Shown: in pieces, positions 22,137 to 30,475 of the stretch
Position numbering within the stretch: the first letter of the stretch is position 1
Layout of the letters: every line of letters starts with the position of its first letter
Source of the DNA: an uncultured Solirubrobacterales bacterium
GTDB taxonomy: Bacteria > Actinomycetota > Thermoleophilia > Solirubrobacterales > 70-9
Reading direction: 5' to 3'
DNA: 64,000 bases
Assembly (NCBI GenBank): GCA_963753585.1
Contig: CAVWCU010000001.1
Location: 72,959-136,958 of the forward strand
Notes under the pieces: model-generated
Told to the model about the DNA's origin: nothing
The model's input: only the letters and a program-made list of their open reading frames with translations
The model's database searches: none
Translations under genes and position numbers: made by a program

Positions 22137-23552
22137 ATGCGAGAGGTGCGGATCAGGGACACGCTCAGCGGAGAGCTGAGGGCGCTCGACCCCGGAGAGG
22201 AGGTCGGGATCTATGCCTGCGGGCCGACCGTCTACAGCCGGATCCACATCGGGAACGCTCGGCCGTTCGTTGTTTTTTCGCTGCTTGCCCGGTTCTTGAA
22301 GTCGGAGGACTATGCGGCGAAGCTCGTTGTCAACGTCACCGACATCAACGACAAGATCTACGTGGCGGCGCGGGAGGCGGGGGAGCGCTCGGCGGGGTTC
22401 GCGCAGCGGATGACCCGGGCCTACCTCGGGGACACCGATCGCCTCGGCCTCGGCAGGCCCGATGCGGAGCCGCTTGCAACCGAGACGATCGACGGGATCG
22501 TTGCGCTGATCGCCGACCTGGTCGAGGCGGGCCGCGCCTACGAGTCAGGCGGCGACGTCTACTTCCGGGTGCGCAGCTTCGAGGGCTACGGCAAGCTCTC
22601 CAACCGTCGCACCGAGGACATGGATCAGGGCGAGGAGGCCGGTTCGGAGTCGCTCAAGGAAGACCCGCTCGACTTCGCGCTGTGGAAGGCGCACAAGCCC
22701 GACGAGGACACCTCCTGGGACTCGCCCTGGGGACCGGGGCGCCCTGCCTGGCACATCGAGTGCTCGGTGATGGCCGAGCAGGAGCTGGGGCCCTCCTTCG
22801 CGATCCACGGCGGCGGCTCGGACCTGATTTTCCCCCACCACGAGAATGAGATCGCCCAGTCGGAGGGGGCGGGGCGGTCGTTCGCCAAGGTCTGGATGCA
22901 CAACGGGATGATCGAGACCGGGGCGGAGAAGATGTCGAAATCGGACGGCAACATCTTTCAGCTGTCCGAGGCGCTGGATCGCTACGGGCGCGAGGCGGTC
23001 GTTGCGTACCTGATCTCGGGGCATTACCGGCAGCCGCTTGCCTTCGGACCAGATGAGATGCAGCAGGCGGTGGCGCAGGTCGAGAGGCTCAAGAACTTCT
23101 TTCGTGAGCACCCCTTTGAGGGAGACTCGGGGGAGGGTCCGTCGGAGCAACAGCGGGGAGGCTCCGCCAGACCCTCCCCCGAGTCTCCGGACAACGCGGC
23201 GGCCTCCCGTTCCGAGAGCTTCCGCGAGGCGCTTGCCGACGATTTCAACACGCCGAAAGCCATGGCCGAGGTGTTTGAGCTTGTGGGAGAAGCGAATCGA
23301 GAAGAGGTTGGAAAGGACGAAGCTTCTGAGATCCTGGCGGAGATGCTCGACCTCGTCGGCCTTAGCTCCCTTACCCAGCCGGATGAGGGAGCTGAGGCCG
23401 ACGAGGGGGCTGAGAAGCTGCTTGAGGAGCGGCAGGTGGCTCGGGCGGCTAAGGACTTTGCTCGAGCCGACGAGATTCGAGACGAGCTTGCGGCTCTCGG
23501 GTGGGAAGTGCGGGACTCGGCTGAGGGTGCGAAGCTCGTGCCCAGGGGCTAG
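22137..23552 (+). CDS. cysS: Cysteine--tRNA ligase
   Basis: 471 aa. HIGN and KMSKS class I motifs plus zinc-binding Cys residues. Contains a low-complexity insert (GDSGEGPSEQQRGGSARPSPESPDN). Confidence 0.97.
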   Translation: MREVRIRDTLSGELRALDPGEEVGIYACGPTVYSRIHIGNARPFVVFSLLARFLKSEDYAAKLVVNVTDINDKIYVAAREAGERSAGFAQRMTRAYLGDTDRLGLGRPDAEPLATETIDGIVALIADLVEAGRAYESGGDVYFRVRSFEGYGKLSNRRTEDMDQGEEAGSESLKEDPLDFALWKAHKPDEDTSWDSPWGPGRPAWHIECSVMAEQELGPSFAIHGGGSDLIFPHHENEIAQSEGAGRSFAKVWMHNGMIETGAEKMSKSDGNIFQLSEALDRYGREAVVAYLISGHYRQPLAFGPDEMQQAVAQVERLKNFFREHPFEGDSGEGPSEQQRGGSARPSPESPDNAAASRSESFREALADDFNTPKAMAEVFELVGEANREEVGKDEASEILAEMLDLVGLSSLTQPDEGAEADEGAEKLLEERQVARAAKDFARADEIRDELAALGWEVRDSAEGAKLVPRG

Positions 23553-24203
23553 ATGGCTTCTCAGCTGATCTACGGCAAGCAGCCGGTTGCCGAGGCGGAG
23601 CGGGGGCGGCGTCGGGTGCACCGGGTTTGGCGGGCGCCCGAGACTTCCGGGGAGGAGCTGGAGCGGCTCTGCGGGTCGCCGGACCACCAGGGGGTGGTGG
23701 CCGAGGTCGATCCCTATCCCTACGTGGGGGAGGGGGAGCTGTTGCGCAAGGAGGACGCCCTGCTGGTCGCGCTGGACCAGGTGCAGGACCCCCGCAACCT
23801 CGGCGCGGTCTGCCGTTCCGCCGAGGCGGCCGGCGCCGCCGGCCTCGTCATCCCCGATCGCCGCTCCGCCGAGGTGACCCCGACCGTCTGCAAGACCTCG
23901 GCCGGCGCCGTCGAGCACCTCCCGATCGCCCGAGTCCGCAACCTTGCCGACTGGCTCACAGAGGCCAAGCAGGCCAACTTCTGGATCTGGGGCGCCGACG
24001 CCGACGCAAGCCAAGCCCCCTGGGACACAGACCTGACCGGCCCCACCGTCCTGGTCTTGGGCGGCGAGGGCAAAGGCCTGCGGCCCCGCGTCTCATCCGC
24101 CTGCGACGGTCTCATTGCTCTTCCTCGGCAGGGTCGAACGGCTTCCCTGAACGTGTCTGCCGCGGCTGCGGCGCTGCTTTTCGAGGCTGTTCGGCAGCGG
24201 TAG
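23553..24203 (+). CDS. rlmB: TrmH/SpoU-family 23S rRNA 2'-O-methyltransferase (RlmB-like)
   Basis: 216 aa. SpoU motifs DQVQDPRNLGAVCRSAEAAG, LVLGGEGKGL and SLNVSAAAA. ATG directly abuts the cysS stop. Confidence 0.85.
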   Translation: MASQLIYGKQPVAEAERGRRRVHRVWRAPETSGEELERLCGSPDHQGVVAEVDPYPYVGEGELLRKEDALLVALDQVQDPRNLGAVCRSAEAAGAAGLVIPDRRSAEVTPTVCKTSAGAVEHLPIARVRNLADWLTEAKQANFWIWGADADASQAPWDTDLTGPTVLVLGGEGKGLRPRVSSACDGLIALPRQGRTASLNVSAAAAALLFEAVRQR

Positions 24204-24240
24204 CAACTGCAACCGCAGCCATACGAACGTCAGTTCGGGG

Positions 24241-24268
24241 TTGACAGAACTCCGCGCAGCCGTAAACT
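24241..24268 (+). promoter_or_regulatory. Candidate sigma-70 type promoter upstream of the SigH-like gene
   Basis: TTGACA (24241-24246), a 16-nt spacer, then TAAACT (24263-24268), about 110 nt upstream of the GTG start. A near-consensus hexamer pair is rare in this GC-rich sequence. Confidence 0.45.
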
Positions 24269-24379
24269 ACCCGCGCACAACAAGGGTGAACCTCAGCTTG
24301 AGTCTGAGCTTACCCGGTCAATAAGGGGCGCCCCAGGGGAGGTACGGCGCCACGAACCCTTCGTCAAGGAGAAGGATCC

Positions 24380-25084
24380 GTGGCTCTATCTTCGCCTACC
24401 CAGGAAATGCAACTCCCCACCGGCCGTCTCAACGGCTCGCTCAGGCCGGCCGACTCTAACCCTCAACCCGAGCTTGATGACCATTATCTGGTCGCCCTCG
24501 CCAAGGACGGCCGCGCCGATGCCTACGACGCGATCGTGCGACGCTACCGCGGCTTCGTCCGCCTCAAGGCCTCGTCCTACTTCCTGCTCGGGGGCGAGTC
24601 CGACGACCTGATCCAGGAAGGTCTGCTCGGCCTCTACAAGGCGATCCGCGACTATCGCACCGACCGCGAGTCGAGCTTCCGCAACTTCGCCGAGCTTTGC
24701 ATCACGCGCCAGATCATCACCGCGGTCAAGACCGCAACCCGCAACAAGCACACGCCGCTCAACCAGTACGTCTCCTTCAGTCAGACCCCGGCTGCGGCGG
24801 GCGACTCCGACACCACGCTCGACGAGATCCTGCCCGGGCCAACCGTCCACGACCCGGTCAACCAGGTGATCGCCTCCGAAGAGCTGGAGAGCCTCGTCTC
24901 CTGTCTCTCGGGCGTCTCCGGTGTGCTCTCCGACCTCGAGAGCCGGGTTCTCTCGCTCTACCTCGACGGGCACTCCTACGAGGCGACGGCAGAGCGGCTG
25001 GAGTGCGACACCAAGACCGTCGACAACGCCCTCCAGCGCGTCAAGCGCAAGGTAGGCGCCCACCTCACCTCCCGCGAGGCCTGA
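24380..25084 (+). CDS. sigH: Sigma-70 family sigma factor of the Bacillus SigH (Spo0H) type
   Basis: 234 aa. The stretch DDLIQEGLLGLYKAIRDYRTDRESSFRNFAELCITRQIITAVKTATRNKHTPLNQYVSF and the C-terminal LSDLESRVLSLYLDGHSYEATAERLECDTKTVDNALQRVKRK match my recollection of B. subtilis SigH almost motif for motif. AAGGAG RBS, GTG start. Confidence 0.85.
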   Translation: MALSSPTQEMQLPTGRLNGSLRPADSNPQPELDDHYLVALAKDGRADAYDAIVRRYRGFVRLKASSYFLLGGESDDLIQEGLLGLYKAIRDYRTDRESSFRNFAELCITRQIITAVKTATRNKHTPLNQYVSFSQTPAAAGDSDTTLDEILPGPTVHDPVNQVIASEELESLVSCLSGVSGVLSDLESRVLSLYLDGHSYEATAERLECDTKTVDNALQRVKRKVGAHLTSREA

Positions 25085-25182
25085 GGCAGTCCGGCCGGCG
25101 CATATCGGCGTCCTCGGTCGCTCGCGTGCGGAGCACGCCACGCTCCCTGCGTCCTTGATCTGCTTGGCCGGACAGCCTCAGG
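25080..25182 (+). repeat. Long-hairpin element, family A/F, short copy A3
   Basis: Imperfect 17-nt arms CCTGAGGCAGTCCGGCC and GGCCGGACAGCCTCAGG. The interior shares GCGTCCTCGG ... CTCCCTGCGTCCTTG ... GCTTGGCCGG with A2. Spans from the sigH-like stop (25082-25084) to the stop of the convergent GNAT gene (25178-25180). Confidence 0.7.
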
Positions 25183-26167
25183 GGAGATCGGAGAGCACAT
25201 AGTCGAGCAGTTCCCGGCCGTGCTCGGAGGCGACGGAGACGTCGTCGGCCTTGATCCGGGCACGGTGCAGAGACTGCATGCGCAGCACGTCGCCGTCGCA
25301 GTGGCTGTTGGGAAAGACGCCGGCGTAGGAGACGCCCAGCCGCTCCAGGTGGTCGGCTACGAGGGCGGTGGCCGGCGTGTCGAGCGGCAGGTCGAGGTAG
25401 ACGGCGTCGAGGCCGAGGCGGTGGAAGAGGTGGTGGCGCTCGGCGGCGACCGCGGTCTCGAGGTCGGCGCCGGGGGTGTGAACCGTGATCAGCGCCAGGT
25501 TGTGGTCGGCGTCGACCGCCACGTGCAGCTCGGTCCGGTCCCGCAGCGCTGCATCCGCGGCGGGCTCGGCGAGCGTGCCGCGTAGCTCGCAGAGCTCCAG
25601 CGTCCGGCCGACGATCTCCCGGTGGCGCTCCGGAGCGTAGACCGGTCGCTCATGGCCGTCGTTCAGCTTCGTGTAGAAGAGCGCCGCCGACTGGCGTCCG
25701 CGCGGCCCGTCGCCGGCGGCATCGTTCGAGACCGAGGCCGGGATCCAGCCAAGCAGGAAGCCGGTCTCGTGAGCGCCCAGCTCGACGTTGGCGCGCTGGC
25801 TGTAGGGGTGTGCGGCGGTCGCCTCGCTGTACATGCCCGCCATCCCCTGGCCCGCCGCCCAGTCCATGAGAAAGCGCTTGGTCCTGGTGAAGAGGTGCTG
25901 CCCCCGCGCCGCCGGCATCGTCACCGCCTGCCCGGAGTGACCGACCGCATCGCCTGCTGCCGCCAGGCTCATCCCCTCGTGGCAGAGCAGCTCCCCCGCG
26001 GCTGTCTCGGCGACGCACGAGACGTACGTTCCCGCCGCCAGCCGGGCCGAGACCTCCTCCGGGTCGTAGACCCAGCGCACGTCATAGCTCTCCCCGTAGG
26101 CGACCCGGATCGCCTCGCTGAGCACCGCCCCCTCGTTGGGCTCGAGGAAGCGGAAAAGTACGTCCAT
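25178..26167 (-). CDS. GNAT-family N-acetyltransferase-like protein (two-lobed)
   Basis: Start set to ATG 26167 (MDVLFRFLEP...), 329 aa. Has an acetyl-CoA-pocket-like segment (VTMPAARGQHLFTR). The assignment rests on pattern only. Confidence 0.5.
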   Translation of the reverse strand: MDVLFRFLEPNEGAVLSEAIRVAYGESYDVRWVYDPEEVSARLAAGTYVSCVAETAAGELLCHEGMSLAAAGDAVGHSGQAVTMPAARGQHLFTRTKRFLMDWAAGQGMAGMYSEATAAHPYSQRANVELGAHETGFLLGWIPASVSNDAAGDGPRGRQSAALFYTKLNDGHERPVYAPERHREIVGRTLELCELRGTLAEPAADAALRDRTELHVAVDADHNLALITVHTPGADLETAVAAERHHLFHRLGLDAVYLDLPLDTPATALVADHLERLGVSYAGVFPNSHCDGDVLRMQSLHRARIKADDVSVASEHGRELLDYVLSDLP

Positions 26168-26239
26168 AGGGGGCACGATGTCATAGACGGCAGTGCATTG
26201 CCGAAATGTTCTGTCTGCAGCGAGGGCTATGCTGCCGAT

Positions 26240-26677
26240 ATGTCTCTGGCTCTGCCCAAACCGACCCTCACCTCTCATCCGGTTGACGTGGGACACCGGG
26301 CGGAGGCCGCAATCCTCGCTGAGCTGGTCAAGCGCGGCTATCGCGTTCTACTGCCGTTTGGCGTCAATCAGCGCTACGACTTGGTTCTCGACTGCGACGG
26401 CCGATTCCTCAGGGCGCAGTGCAAGACAGGGCGCCTTCGCGAAGGCGTTATCCAGTGCAGCACTCAGAGCATCCAGTCGAACACCCGGGGCACCCGCTGG
26501 CGCAGCTATACCGGGGATATAGACCTCTTCATCGTCTATTGCCCACAGAATGATTCTGTCTACGTCATACCTGCGGACGAGGTGCCGAGTAGAGAGATGT
26601 ACCTGCGTGTGAATCCTCCACGCAATCGACAGGACAAGCGCGTACGCTGGGCAAAGGATTACAAGCTGCCCGCCTAG
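26240..26677 (+). CDS. PD-(D/E)xK endonuclease of the group-I-intron-associated (PDDEXK_5 / I-Ssp6803I-like) type
   Basis: 145 aa from internal ATG 26240. Core GHRAEAAILAELVKRGYRVLLPFGVNQRYDLVLDCDGRFLRAQCKTG (D...D...QxK) and the tail RVRWAKDYKL resemble that family as I recall it. Third-codon-position GC is visibly lower than in neighbours. The stop codon lies inside the tRNA-Thr acceptor stem. Confidence 0.6.
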   Translation: MSLALPKPTLTSHPVDVGHRAEAAILAELVKRGYRVLLPFGVNQRYDLVLDCDGRFLRAQCKTGRLREGVIQCSTQSIQSNTRGTRWRSYTGDIDLFIVYCPQNDSVYVIPADEVPSREMYLRVNPPRNRQDKRVRWAKDYKLPA

Positions 26678-26740
26678 CTCAATTGGTAGAGCACTTCCCT
26701 TGTAAGGAAGATGTTTCCGGTTCGAGTCCGGAGGCGGGCT
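26668..26740 (+). tRNA. tRNA-Thr (anticodon UGU)
   Basis: Folded by hand: 7-bp acceptor GCCCGCC/GGCGGGC, D-arm GCTC/GAGC, anticodon stem CTTCC/GGAAG with loop CTTGTAA, T-arm TCCGG-TTCGAGT-CCGGA. Discriminator T, no encoded CCA. Confidence 0.95.
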
Positions 26741-26980
26741 TGTGTCGGGACGGCCGTAGGCCTAGCTTTGAGTTGTCACCGGGGCGCTATGTCCACCCAG
26801 AATATTGCTCTGAGGGATCCATCTTGGAGACTCCTGGGGCATCAGAACGAGAAACTCGGTTTCGCCCGTCTCGGTCTCCATGCGGACGGCGAGCAGCTCT
26901 TTGAGGCCATCCGTAGTGATGACATACATTGCCCTACCGGGTGAAGTTATCTGCCAGGGCATCGGCGCCAGGAGCGTAGC

Positions 26981-28357
26981 TCACTTGTCTAGCACCCGCG
27001 CCTTCTCGGCCGCCAGCTCCTCGTCGTCGAGGATTCCCTTCTCGTGCAGGGTGGCGAGGCGCTCGAGGTGGGCGATGCGAGTGTCGTCGTCGAGAGCCTG
27101 GGTGGGGGCTTCCGAGGGCGCGGCTGCGGACTCGGGCTTGCGCATCTCCGGCAGCCGCAATTTCGAGGCCCGCTCTCCCAGGTTGGCGTCCTTGACGGCG
27201 TCGACGACGCGCTCCTTGGTGCGGCCGAAGAAGTCGCCGTACTCGGCGTCGGGGAATTCCTCGGCGGCCTGCTTGCGCAGCTCGCGGATGCCGAAGGCGG
27301 CCAGCCCGGCGATGAGGAGGGTCGTCAGGAAGGAGCGCAGGTTCTGGGTCGGGGCCTGGATGAAGTAGATGCCGACGACGATCGCCAGCGCGGCGTAGAC
27401 GTAGGCGGGGTACTCGCGCAGGGCAGGTGCCACGAATTTGCGGGTCGACCGAGCCGAGGACGTCGGCGAGGCCAGCCAGCCGGCGATCCCGAAGAGGACC
27501 CCGACCACGATCACGGTCGTGGAGATGCTGGTCATCAGCGAGGTGCCGATCGACCAGGCCGATTCCGCCGCCGGCCGCGCGCTTTCTTCGACCACGAGCT
27601 GGTCGACGACGATCCCGCCGGCGATCTCCCGGGCGACGATCACGGCGAAGCCCGCCGCGATCAGCCCGACGCCGCAGAAGAGCACGGTCACCCAGCGTTC
27701 CTCCCGCGCGAGGTAGATCGCCAGGCCGAAGCAGAGGAAGGTGAGCAGCGAGAGCACCAGGGCAAGGCCCTTGATCGCGACGACGATGTCCTGCGCCGTC
27801 TTCAGCTGGTCGGACCGCAGAATCGTGAACCTGCCCGCGTCGGGCGGCAGCTTTTCGGCCAGGTCGGCGCCGATCCCAACCTGGTCGGCGAGGTTGGTGA
27901 CGAGGCTGCCGAGGTTGAGGCTGACTTCGCCTTCTTCGGTCGAGACCGTCCCCTCCTTTTCCTCGAGGACGGCGATGAGTTCTTCGTGGGCGGTTCGGTT
28001 GGCCCCCTTCCAGAGTTCCTGGGCGGTCGACGTTTCCAGCACCCGGTTGGCGCCGTCGCCGGCCACCTGGCGCAGGCCGCCGGAGATCGGCCCGGCGAGG
28101 TCCTTGGTCTCGCCGGGCAGGATGTCGCTGAGTTCTTCCTCGACGTCGACGTTTTCGTAGAGCTGGTCGACCAGGTAGTCGCCCACTGCTTCGCGGATCG
28201 TCGGGTTCTGGATCAGGCGGCCGCTGGTGTCGACCCAGTCGTCGGTGTTGAGCGCCTGCCGCTCGGTCCAGATCGCGAAGACGCTGAGGAAGGCCATCAC
28301 GGCACCCAGTACGACCAACACTCGGACCAAGCGTCGTCTTCCACGGGTCATTCGCAT
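26981..28357 (-). CDS. Multi-TM membrane protein with C-terminal SHOCT domain
   Basis: 458 aa. N-terminal signal anchor, several TM helices in the C-half, and the final 25 aa LATLHEKGILDDEELAAEKARVLDK match the SHOCT short C-terminal domain pattern. Confidence 0.65.
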   Translation of the reverse strand: MRMTRGRRRLVRVLVVLGAVMAFLSVFAIWTERQALNTDDWVDTSGRLIQNPTIREAVGDYLVDQLYENVDVEEELSDILPGETKDLAGPISGGLRQVAGDGANRVLETSTAQELWKGANRTAHEELIAVLEEKEGTVSTEEGEVSLNLGSLVTNLADQVGIGADLAEKLPPDAGRFTILRSDQLKTAQDIVVAIKGLALVLSLLTFLCFGLAIYLAREERWVTVLFCGVGLIAAGFAVIVAREIAGGIVVDQLVVEESARPAAESAWSIGTSLMTSISTTVIVVGVLFGIAGWLASPTSSARSTRKFVAPALREYPAYVYAALAIVVGIYFIQAPTQNLRSFLTTLLIAGLAAFGIRELRKQAAEEFPDAEYGDFFGRTKERVVDAVKDANLGERASKLRLPEMRKPESAAAPSEAPTQALDDDTRIAHLERLATLHEKGILDDEELAAEKARVLDK

Positions 28358-29297
28358 GGATGCTATACGTGAAGTAGTGAGGCTCGAGGGAATTCACCAC
28401 ATCACCGCGATCACGGCCGACGCCCAGAGCAACGTCGACTTCTACGCGGGGACGATGGGCCTGCGCCTGGTCAAGAAGACGGTCAACCAGGACAACCCAA
28501 CCGTCTACCACCTCTTCTTCGCCGACGAGAAGGGCAGCGCCGGCTCCGACCTCACCTTCTTCGAGTTCCCGGGCGTGCCACCGGGGAGGGCGGGCGCGGG
28601 TGACGTGCACCGGATCGTCTGGCGCGTGGCCTCACATGCCGCGCTCGACTTCTGGCAGGAGCGACTTGCCGCGAGCGGGATCGAGTCGGAGCGAGCCGGG
28701 GGAGGGCTGCGCTTCGCCGATCCGGAGGGCCTCGCGCATGAGCTGGCCGTGGTCGAGGTCGCCGACGAGCCGCTGGTCGCCGACCACCCCGAGGTTCCGG
28801 CCGATCACGCGCTTCGCGGCTTCCACGCGGTCTGCGCCTACAGCGGGTCACCCGACGCCAGCCACTCGCTGCTGGAAGCGCTCGAGTTCGAGTCCCTCGG
28901 CGAGGAGACCTGGGAGGCGCGCGGGGCAAGTCGGGGCGGTTTCTACGTCTACGAACGGCCCCCCGAGGAGCCGTCGCGCCAGGGCGCCGGCAGCGTCCAT
29001 CACGTCGCCTGGGCGTCGACCCTCGACGAGCACGAGCAATGGCGGGACCGCGCGATCTCGGCCGGTGCCCACCCGACCCCCGTGATCGACCGCTTCTACT
29101 TCCGCTCGATCTATTTCCGCGAGCCGAGCGGGGTCCTCTTCGAGATCGCCACCCTCGGTCCCGGCTTCACCGTCGACGAGCCACTCGAGCACCTGGGCGA
29201 GAAGCTCTCCTTGCCTCCCGACTTCGAGCACCTGAGGGCGGAGGTCGAACCGAACTTGCGCCCGGTGGTCAATCCGCGCACGGTCTCCGCAGGGTGA
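28356..29297 (+). CDS. VOC-superfamily ring-cleaving (extradiol, MhqO/hydroquinone-type) dioxygenase
   Basis: Start ATG 28356 (alternative GTG 28377). Motif GIHHITAITADAQSNVDFYAGTMGLRLVKKTVNQDNPTVYHLFFAD, and the second half repeats the fold (HHVAW...FYFRSIYFREPSGVLFEIAT). Confidence 0.8.
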   Translation: MDAIREVVRLEGIHHITAITADAQSNVDFYAGTMGLRLVKKTVNQDNPTVYHLFFADEKGSAGSDLTFFEFPGVPPGRAGAGDVHRIVWRVASHAALDFWQERLAASGIESERAGGGLRFADPEGLAHELAVVEVADEPLVADHPEVPADHALRGFHAVCAYSGSPDASHSLLEALEFESLGEETWEARGASRGGFYVYERPPEEPSRQGAGSVHHVAWASTLDEHEQWRDRAISAGAHPTPVIDRFYFRSIYFREPSGVLFEIATLGPGFTVDEPLEHLGEKLSLPPDFEHLRAEVEPNLRPVVNPRTVSAG

Positions 29298-30310
29298 GCG
29301 GGAATTTCGTCTGGCGCGACGCGGGTCGCGTCGTGGTCTTCCGCGGCGGCGGGGTGCAGGACGCACCCAAGCTGCTTGCCGAACACGGGCTGGAGAGCTT
29401 CGAGCTGCTCTCGACCTCACGGCACCTGGAGCAGGCGGGGGAGTTGGCAAGAGCCGCCCTGGCTGTGCATGAGGTCGCGGCAGGCGTCCCGGCGTCCGCG
29501 GTTCCCGAGGCAGCCGCGGAGCTGCTCGGGTCTGTCCGGGCCCCGACCCTCGTCGCCCTCGGCGGCGGCCGCACGATCGACACGGCGAAGGCCATCGCCT
29601 CGGTCGCCGGCGCCCGCGTCGCCGCGATCCCGACGACGATGTCCGGGGCCGAGATGACCGGCATCCACCGCCTGCCGGCGGGAGCGGAGGGCCGGGTGCG
29701 TGCCCTCGTTCGCCCCTCGCTGGTGATCGCCGACCCCGGGGCGATGACCAGCGCCCCCGAGCCGGAGTTGCGGGCGAGCTCGATGAACGCCCTCGCCCAC
29801 GGTGCCGACTCGCTCTACACCCCCTTCGCCAGCCCTGTCTCCGAGATGACCGCCTTGCGCGGGGCCGAGCTGATCGCCAGCTCGCTTGACGAAGAGGCCG
29901 CGTCGCGCAATCGCGCCGCCCTCGCCCTTGGCTCGATCCTCTGCGGCTACGCGATCGACTCCGGCGCCTTCGCCCTCCACCACGTCGTCTGCCAGACGCT
30001 CGCCCGCGTCTGCGGCACCCCCCACGCCGCCACCAACGCCACGATCCTCCCTCGAGCAATGGCCTTCATGGTCCCCCGAGCCCCCGACCAGCTCCAACCA
30101 CTCGCGGCGGCGATCGGCACTGACCCCGACCACGTCGAGGCTCGCATCCTCGACCTCGGCGGCAACCCACCCGGATTGGGAAAGCTCGGCGCAGACCAGA
30201 CCAAGCTTCCCCAGGCTCTCGAATCGATGCTGATGCGCCCCGAGCTCGCCTTCACGCCGGAACCTCCGACGCGCGCCGACCTGGAGAAGCTCATCCAAGC
30301 GGCCTGGTAA
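29294..30310 (+). CDS. Iron-containing alcohol dehydrogenase family protein, maleylacetate reductase-like
   Basis: GTG 29294 overlaps the upstream stop (GTGA). Motifs GGGRTIDTAKAIA, IPTTMSGAEMT and conserved His residues in the C-domain. Confidence 0.7.
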   Translation: MSGNFVWRDAGRVVVFRGGGVQDAPKLLAEHGLESFELLSTSRHLEQAGELARAALAVHEVAAGVPASAVPEAAAELLGSVRAPTLVALGGGRTIDTAKAIASVAGARVAAIPTTMSGAEMTGIHRLPAGAEGRVRALVRPSLVIADPGAMTSAPEPELRASSMNALAHGADSLYTPFASPVSEMTALRGAELIASSLDEEAASRNRAALALGSILCGYAIDSGAFALHHVVCQTLARVCGTPHAATNATILPRAMAFMVPRAPDQLQPLAAAIGTDPDHVEARILDLGGNPPGLGKLGADQTKLPQALESMLMRPELAFTPEPPTRADLEKLIQAAW

Positions 30311-30345
30311 CCCGGCTCGGGGCAAACCGTTCCTCGGGTGGGTGG

Positions 30346-30404
30346 CCGGGGGTAGGGGGGTCGAGGACGGACCGTGGCCCGCCCGCAGTGCCCCCCTACC
30401 CCGG
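30346..30404. repeat. GC-rich hairpin I downstream of the reductase gene
   Basis: CCGGGGGTAGGGGGG (30346-30360) pairs with CCCCCCTACCCCGG (30391-30404) with one bulged G. 30-nt loop. Confidence 0.6.
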
Positions 30405-30475
30405 ACAGGACCCGCCCGCCAGTACGGCCGGATCAACGGGGTAACCGGACCCCGCCCATCGTGTAGCCATCAGCG

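Noticed and set aside
25622-26239. Upstream 206 aa of the plus-strand ORF that ends at the tRNA
   Set aside because: Antisense to the GNAT gene with high-GC artefact composition. The nuclease-like sequence and the codon-usage change start at ATG 26240.
26711-26962. Small ORFs on both strands downstream of tRNA-Thr (77 aa plus strand, 66 aa minus strand)
   Set aside because: They have no RBS, no recognisable motif and overlap each other. They may be relics of a degraded insertion, but a gene call cannot be supported.
26668-26980. tRNA-associated integrated genomic island
   Set aside because: No integrase gene and no direct repeat of the tRNA 3' end are visible on either side within the window. 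Only the nuclease gene and a short low-GC tail remain.
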